DNA from: Squalus acanthias | Lineage: Eukaryota | Length of the DNA stretch: 64,000 nt | Assembly: GCA_030390025.1 (NCBI GenBank) | Contig: CM059438.1 | Location: 52,950,001 to 53,014,000, forward strand | Direction: 5' to 3' | Shown here: piece by piece, positions 59,401 to 64,000 of the stretch | How the letters are laid out: the number at the start of each line of letters is the position of its first letter | Numbering within the stretch: the stretch's first letter is position 1 | Program-made: the position numbers and the translations under genes | The notes under the pieces: generated by a model | Seen by the model: only the letters and a program-made list of their open reading frames with translations | What the model was told of the DNA's origin: nothing | The model's database searches: none

Positions 59401-60994
59401 GGTGGATGTGTTTTCCAAGTGGGTGGAAGCCTTCCCCTGTCGAACAGCTACGGCACTGGGTACAGCAAAAATCTTGGTCCGGGAAGTGTTCTCGCGGTGG
59501 GGACTTCCCCGTTTTGTGGAGTCAGACCAAGGGAGTCATTTCACCGGCCAGGTGATGCAGAACACCCTCATGCTTTTGGGCATTGAAGGGAAGTGGCACG
59601 TAGCACACAATCCCCAGTCATCCGGGATTGTTGAACGCATGAACCGGACCCTGAAGGAGAAATTGAGGAAAGAGACTAGGAACTCGCCCCAAAAATGGGC
59701 GGAAGTTCTGCCTTTAGTCCTCATGGGGGTCCGGGCCAGTCAGTCAAAAAGTACGGGGTACTCCCCGCACGAGGTGATGACTGGGAGGCTCATGCGAACC
59801 CCCACCCATGTGCTAGCGCCGGTGCTCACTGAGGGTCAGCTCCAAGAGATAAGCAGGGACAAGTTCGCCCAGACTCTCTTGGAGCGCCTGAAGCAGGTTT
59901 ATGAGCAGGCGGCTGGGAACATGGGAAGGCAGCATCAGGGCAATCGCTTGTTGCTGGAACCCCGCAAAACGCGGGAGTGGGAAGTAGGAGACCAGGTCAT
60001 GGTCAGAAACTACGCCAGAGTAGGGAGTCTGGAACCACTGTATATGGGACCCTACAACATTGTAGACAAGGCGAGTCCCATGGTATACGCCGTAAAAGTA
60101 CCTCGGCGCACTAATTGGTTCCACGTAAACCAATGCAAACTGTACAAGCCAGGTGCGCAAGGGAAAACCACAGGGGTAAACCCCGCCAGTGGGGAAGCAC
60201 AGCCCCAGGTAGGACCACAAGGCACACAGGCAGGCAAAGCAGCTTGCATCAGGGGAGGGGACATCCTGGAAGATCATGAAGCATTTTTGTGGGGTTGGGA
60301 GTCAGATGAGGGAGAATTCCGGGAACTCGAGTCAGATGAGGATAGTGATGAAGACGAGTGGTTTTTGGGGAACGGTCCCATTTTAGGTATAGGGAGGATA
60401 CGGGCTGCAGATAGAGATCCACACAGGGTGGACACACAAGCTGCAGGTCCCGAAGACAGGAGGGAGGAGCTAGGGGAGGCGGGGCCAGCCGCTGTGGGAG
60501 CACAGGGAGTGACGGTGAGGACCCCAGAGACAGAGCCGCCCGCTTTGAACGTCCCGTCCTCGGGGGAGGCAGAGATCACGAGTGAAGGGCCGCCTGCTGG
60601 GCCGAGCAGGGCGGAGCCACAAACTGCGAGCCCCGAGGTTAGGGAGGCGGAGTCAGCGGAGGCGGAGCCAGCGACTGTGGTGGAACCCCAGGTCGTCCCG
60701 ATGGAAGTCTCGGAACCCGGTCCGTCAGTCACGGAACCCCCGCCCATGGCAACTCCCCGTAGGTCAAGTAGAGAACCCCAGCCCAGGAGGATGTGGTCAT
60801 GTCCCCAGACTGCCCCAAGGCGTAGACTTAAGGTTAAGGCAACCCAGATACAGCCCGGCCCCATCGCAGCAGCAACAGGCTGCGGCAGATCAGAGGAAGG
60901 AATCAGTGCAGCAACAGGCTGCGGCAGATCAAAGGGAAGGGTCAGTGCCCTCCCACCGTCGGGAAGAGCTCGCAGCAGCCTTCTCAGAATTTAA
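56474..60994 (+). CDS. pol: Pol (copy 2), uninterrupted, in frame with gag
   Basis: About 1500 codons open; PR, RT, RNase H and IN catalytic motifs present; acidic and Pro-rich C-terminal extension. Confidence 0.95.
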   Translation, partial: LEPAQPVYLCPLSYDAWKRPLVEMEVEKQRGSYLLDTGASCTIIHTDSPFDSPLSTRVPFTLAGFTGKEQAGAFSLPLSIRLGALHLKWKCILMEWQEGGGRGILGSDLLSGHGILVDLRNHCLWGAKGEKGEVVVIPGEEETGVLCTVQPSGGYDLRLMVADVPTDMQTYVSDNMHAFATHKHDCGRVIGFEVSVDGDPMTRPQKQYNFPKEAEPDMETAMSSLVQQGVLRPIATHVNSPLWPVRKPDNSWRATVDYRVLNSNIPACAPTVAAVADLIGSIPASATTFTVLDISNGFWSIPLRREDQYKFAFTFKGQQYTWNCLPQGFHNSPSIFHQCMAGSLKEFSQPNQIVQYVDDLLLFTDSREEHGPLLDELLELLARKGFKINPKKARIGQREVKFLGLTIRAGERAIDKARRESVQELPIPNNIRGVRSFLGLTGYCRDFIEDYAATAAPLLRLLHKGVEWSWDEGCQAAFEKLKRDLQTAPALGAIDGGKEFFLEVAASGDSLSAVLLQERHGKLRPVVYSSRVLTDVERSFSNCERHLLATHWAVKRSAIFTGLSPITLLTHHTPTKMLLDGRIKDGTVSSVRIARWTLLLSQMDLKVKGLCEPRLAANLVYPGTAHRCSVEGVWDVNIGLRAGIHPTGREIYVDGSSTVTAGERLTGCGVYDPAANLALAIKLPSTMSAQQAELSAVVYVVTHPDIFPTPYTICSDSMFTCNSCTEYLAIWSRRGYTSADGRPLTVKPLLEKILAAAVGEEGEIFIHKVKAHSSTEPRGEGNQQADALAREGARNGIFWDPYGTRPIAAIQGRDGNPGNTRVALPLDLKTVQTQDPALKAVLKTIAEGRQVEGPYSTATLSVKEGMLFREEQWVVPQQHRREFLQLAHEGPGAGHPGPEVTWQRVEQAGWWPGLREQVREFCANCLVCAANNPDPQKRKVPMGHVRRVEGPWQSIQIDYIGPLPTTQGGYKYCLVLVDVFSKWVEAFPCRTATALGTAKILVREVFSRWGLPRFVESDQGSHFTGQVMQNTLMLLGIEGKWHVAHNPQSSGIVERMNRTLKEKLRKETRNSPQKWAEVLPLVLMGVRASQSKSTGYSPHEVMTGRLMRTPTHVLAPVLTEGQLQEISRDKFAQTLLERLKQVYEQAAGNMGRQHQGNRLLLEPRKTREWEVGDQVMVRNYARVGSLEPLYMGPYNIVDKASPMVYAVKVPRRTNWFHVNQCKLYKPGAQGKTTGVNPASGEAQPQVGPQGTQAGKAACIRGGDILEDHEAFLWGWESDEGEFRELESDEDSDEDEWFLGNGPILGIGRIRAADRDPHRVDTQAAGPEDRREELGEAGPAAVGAQGVTVRTPETEPPALNVPSSGEAEITSEGPPAGPSRAEPQTASPEVREAESAEAEPATVVEPQVVPMEVSEPGPSVTEPPPMATPRRSSREPQPRRMWSCPQTAPRRRLKVKATQIQPGPIAAATGCGRSEEGISAATGCGRSKGRVSALPPSGRARSSLLRI

Positions 60995-61280
60995 AGGGGC
61001 CGCCCTGAGAACGGGCGGCACTGTATAGTAATAAGTTTTAAGTTTTAAGTTCATGGTTCAAGGTTAAGTTTATAGTTTTAATAAGGTTAAGATTGTAGTG
61101 TTTTTAACAGAAAACGATAAAATGATGGGAGCTTTAAAAATAGGTTTAGTTAAAGTTTATTCAGCGAACGTTGAAGTTTACGTGAGGCGAGGTCAGGGGA
61201 CCCGCTCACCCTTCACAAAAGCCAGAGACTCTTGCGAGGCTGGCTACCTCATTCTATCTGATCACAGGAACCAAGGAAGG

Positions 61281-63632
61281 ATGGAACGAATTCTAGTATT
61301 GCTCGCGGCAATCGGATGTGGATTGGCCTATCGAGGCCGCACCAAGGATGTCGTGGTGTTTGGATGCTCCGGGGACACGGCCCCCATCGCGGTGGATGGG
61401 ACCGGAAGACGGGAGGCTGAGGAGACCACCACCTATTTCCACAAGGGAAGGTGGCCAGGATGGCTGGGAACGAACTCGAGAGAGTATTCCAGCACATCGG
61501 GGTTTGCCTACAAAGAGACTTCTTTAATGTGCCCCAAAGTAAGGATCATCGCACCCAGGATCAGCGTCACCGTCGGCAAACGGATTTGTTTGACTTGTAG
61601 TGGGAATGTCCCATTGAGCCGATGGTGGTGGCTGCGAAAGCTGAGCAAAACTATGAGGAACTCTTCGGTCGAGTGGGAACGACTGGGTAATAATACCCAT
61701 CGGACAATTACGGGGACAAACGGACAAGTGAAAGTCTGTTGGGACAAATGGTGGGAACCGGACGAGGGAATTTATGTATGCATGTGGGGGTCAAAATACC
61801 CTTGCCCCAAAGGCATATCCATATTTTTCATTAATCAGTGGCAGGATAACGGACAGGGGATGAGGTGGGATGCGAGCACCAGGGGGTGCGGAGCCCCATA
61901 CTCTTCGATCCCGGTAAATGCCACTGAGCTCATTACGCGCCCACGCAAAGCCCCGCCCACGATTCCGGTGGTTCTAGCTGAGGAAGAAGGGTGCCCTAAA
62001 ACTAGTAAGGGACCCGGGAATGGTTTGGTACTGGTCCCCACAGACCAGATACTATTTCAGGGGGTACATTACGCGGTGGCCTCGGTGATTTTAAATCTCA
62101 CCGAGGTGCGGTTACCAGAGTGGTGCCCCAAAAAGACGGAACAGTTGTATCAGGTCCTGTTGACCAAGATGTTCAGACAATTTTACGAATTCGATTTCGC
62201 GGAAATTGATAAAACAAGTTTGTACACCGCACCACAGGAAGTTTTGGATCAAGTAGGGAGGCAAAGAAGGGGTTTGGTGAACGATGCGTTCACTGCTTTT
62301 AACACGGGTACATCTGTGGTCAATGCTCTAGACAGTGTGGAGCTGCAGACCCAGATTAATGGTTTAAAGACACAATTAAAAGACATTCTAACAGATGAGA
62401 ATAAGGTGGTTGGGTCGGGTCTACACGAGGACCAAGCCATGACTCTCCATTTAAAGGAAATTATAGCAGAGTTGGAGAAACATGCAAAGACGGTAAATGC
62501 CCTGATTAGGGAAGATCGGAATGCATCCGATCAAGCTGCGCAGAACGAGGTGTGCGTGCTTTACGGGGCGTGGTTACTGGGCGAAGGCCGCAGTAATTTG
62601 GAGGATTTAAAACAAGGTTTGGTCCCGTCCTGGATAAGTAACAAACACCTGCGGGCGCTCCACCCTTTTCAGAACGCACTGAGCCCGTGCCAGCTCAGGC
62701 TAGCTTCAGAAGCATACCCAGTCCCCGTGGACTGCGGACGATCAAACCATACCATTATGGGTATAGTTTTACGCATGCCGGTTTTGGGCGACACAGCAAA
62801 GCCCGCCCCGGTGTATCGGGTAGAGAACATTGGTGTCATTCAGGGGGGAGCCCACATTCGTTATGCAGCGGTTCCACCTTACGTCATCCGCTGGGAGCAA
62901 ACGATGACAGGTACAGATCTCTCTGGTTGTCGTGGCAGGGGAGCACACATAATACTGTGCCCCCAGCACTTGAATGCCTTTTTAACACCACAGTGCGGGT
63001 TCAGAACGACTGGCGCCAAGTCCATGAATTGTACCATGGAGGCAATGGCACAAGATCATGTGCCTCCGCAGGTAGCATACATCGGGGGTGGAACATATTG
63101 TGTTACCACTGCAGCGCAACACTACCAGCATGGAAACCGTAGCCGGTGTCCGGTGAGTGACAGCAGTTTCTGTTTTAAACCCAGGGCGGAAGTTCAAGTA
63201 GCACAACAGCGAATTATCCCAATCCCTGAACCATCCACTGTTCATCTCACAGTAAAAGAGAATTTCACCGACTTGCAACGATTCGTCGCGCATTTCGGAT
63301 ACCTCATTCCCCCTCTCCCTGAACACCTCACCAAGCTTTTAAAAGCCGTCGCGGTGTCACAGAAACATTTTTACACATTAGAGCAGAAAACTGTCGAAAT
63401 AGGAACAGACATTCTGGATATAGTAGTTCCACCGTGGTGGAATCTGTTCACCAATATTGAAGTGCCTTCATGGATCAGAATAGCCTCCCACATTTTAGTC
63501 GTATGTCAAGTGTTTATTGTAGTGTACCTATTGGTCGTACATTGTAAAAGAGACAAACGCCTCACCAAGCATGAAAACACGGGAGAGTGGCGAGAACGTT
63601 ACGTGCGCGTGCACGATGAAAGCACCGTGTAA
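61281..63632 (+). CDS. env: Env (copy 2)
   Basis: Protein identical to copy 1; one silent TTG/CTG difference seen (50689 vs 62679). Confidence 0.9.
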   Translation: MERILVLLAAIGCGLAYRGRTKDVVVFGCSGDTAPIAVDGTGRREAEETTTYFHKGRWPGWLGTNSREYSSTSGFAYKETSLMCPKVRIIAPRISVTVGKRICLTCSGNVPLSRWWWLRKLSKTMRNSSVEWERLGNNTHRTITGTNGQVKVCWDKWWEPDEGIYVCMWGSKYPCPKGISIFFINQWQDNGQGMRWDASTRGCGAPYSSIPVNATELITRPRKAPPTIPVVLAEEEGCPKTSKGPGNGLVLVPTDQILFQGVHYAVASVILNLTEVRLPEWCPKKTEQLYQVLLTKMFRQFYEFDFAEIDKTSLYTAPQEVLDQVGRQRRGLVNDAFTAFNTGTSVVNALDSVELQTQINGLKTQLKDILTDENKVVGSGLHEDQAMTLHLKEIIAELEKHAKTVNALIREDRNASDQAAQNEVCVLYGAWLLGEGRSNLEDLKQGLVPSWISNKHLRALHPFQNALSPCQLRLASEAYPVPVDCGRSNHTIMGIVLRMPVLGDTAKPAPVYRVENIGVIQGGAHIRYAAVPPYVIRWEQTMTGTDLSGCRGRGAHIILCPQHLNAFLTPQCGFRTTGAKSMNCTMEAMAQDHVPPQVAYIGGGTYCVTTAAQHYQHGNRSRCPVSDSSFCFKPRAEVQVAQQRIIPIPEPSTVHLTVKENFTDLQRFVAHFGYLIPPLPEHLTKLLKAVAVSQKHFYTLEQKTVEIGTDILDIVVPPWWNLFTNIEVPSWIRIASHILVVCQVFIVVYLLVVHCKRDKRLTKHENTGEWRERYVRVHDESTV

Positions 63633-63917
63633 TCGGAAGATGGCGTCATTCCCGCTCGCCACGTGCGCCGCGGAAGTCTGTAATCGATCATGATTTTCAA
63701 AGATTGTAAATACGTTTGGGAACTCGACCTGTGTTAAGAGTTGGTGTTGATTATTTTTGGTGATGGTGTTGTAGTTAAAAATGATTGTTTGGTTTTGGGT
63801 TCTGTTTTTCCTTTCCCTGAATAAAAGATGAATATACAGGTGATACGAGAGGCATCGGCCTGGTTACGCCGGGAAGGAAAACAAGTGGTGTAAGTTTAAG
63901 GGCAAATAAAGGCCCAC

Positions 63918-64000
63918 GGTTTGGCGGATTGAAAAGCGGAGGAACACTAGAGTGCTGCAGGATGAAAGAGTCATGGCAACTACCACAGAACTTGGCGCAA
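63918..64000 (-). mobile_element. Start of the third repeat unit (Harbinger fragment), truncated by window end
   Basis: Same junction ggcccac|ggtttggcgg as at 51928, offset 11,990 bp. Confidence 0.92.

Noticed and set aside
41068..63326. Numerous short antisense or overlapping ORFs within the ERV
   Set aside because: No motifs; expected shadows of long GC-rich coding frames

Overview
Repeat-rich vertebrate DNA; the TE content (Deu-type SINE, CR1/L2 LINEs, Penelope ends, two-gene Harbinger transposons) suggests a cartilaginous fish. Six internal exons of an ABCG2-like ABC transporter gene lie on the minus strand (32419->16676), so the whole window appears intragenic. Bases 1-38757 are a nested mosaic of PIF/Harbinger transposons (transposase plus convergent Myb/SANT gene), their MITEs, LINEs, Penelope hammerhead-like fragments and a solo LTR. 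From 38758 onward is a young tandem array (period 11,990 bp; two full units plus the start of a third) of an open-ORF endogenous retrovirus: 1.64-kb LTR, tRNA-Arg-like PBS, CCHC gag, in-frame UGA-CUAG into pol (PR-RT-degenerate Ty3-type RNase H tether-second RNase H-IN), and an env with a candidate Ig domain, furin site and long F-protein-like fusion subunit. This architecture fits the lokiretrovirus lineage. Each unit carries ~1.09 kb of antisense Harbinger transposase DNA between env and the next LTR, and a related solo LTR is independently inserted upstream of another Harbinger transposase, hinting at a retrovirus-Harbinger association. All comparisons were made by eye; no database searches were run.
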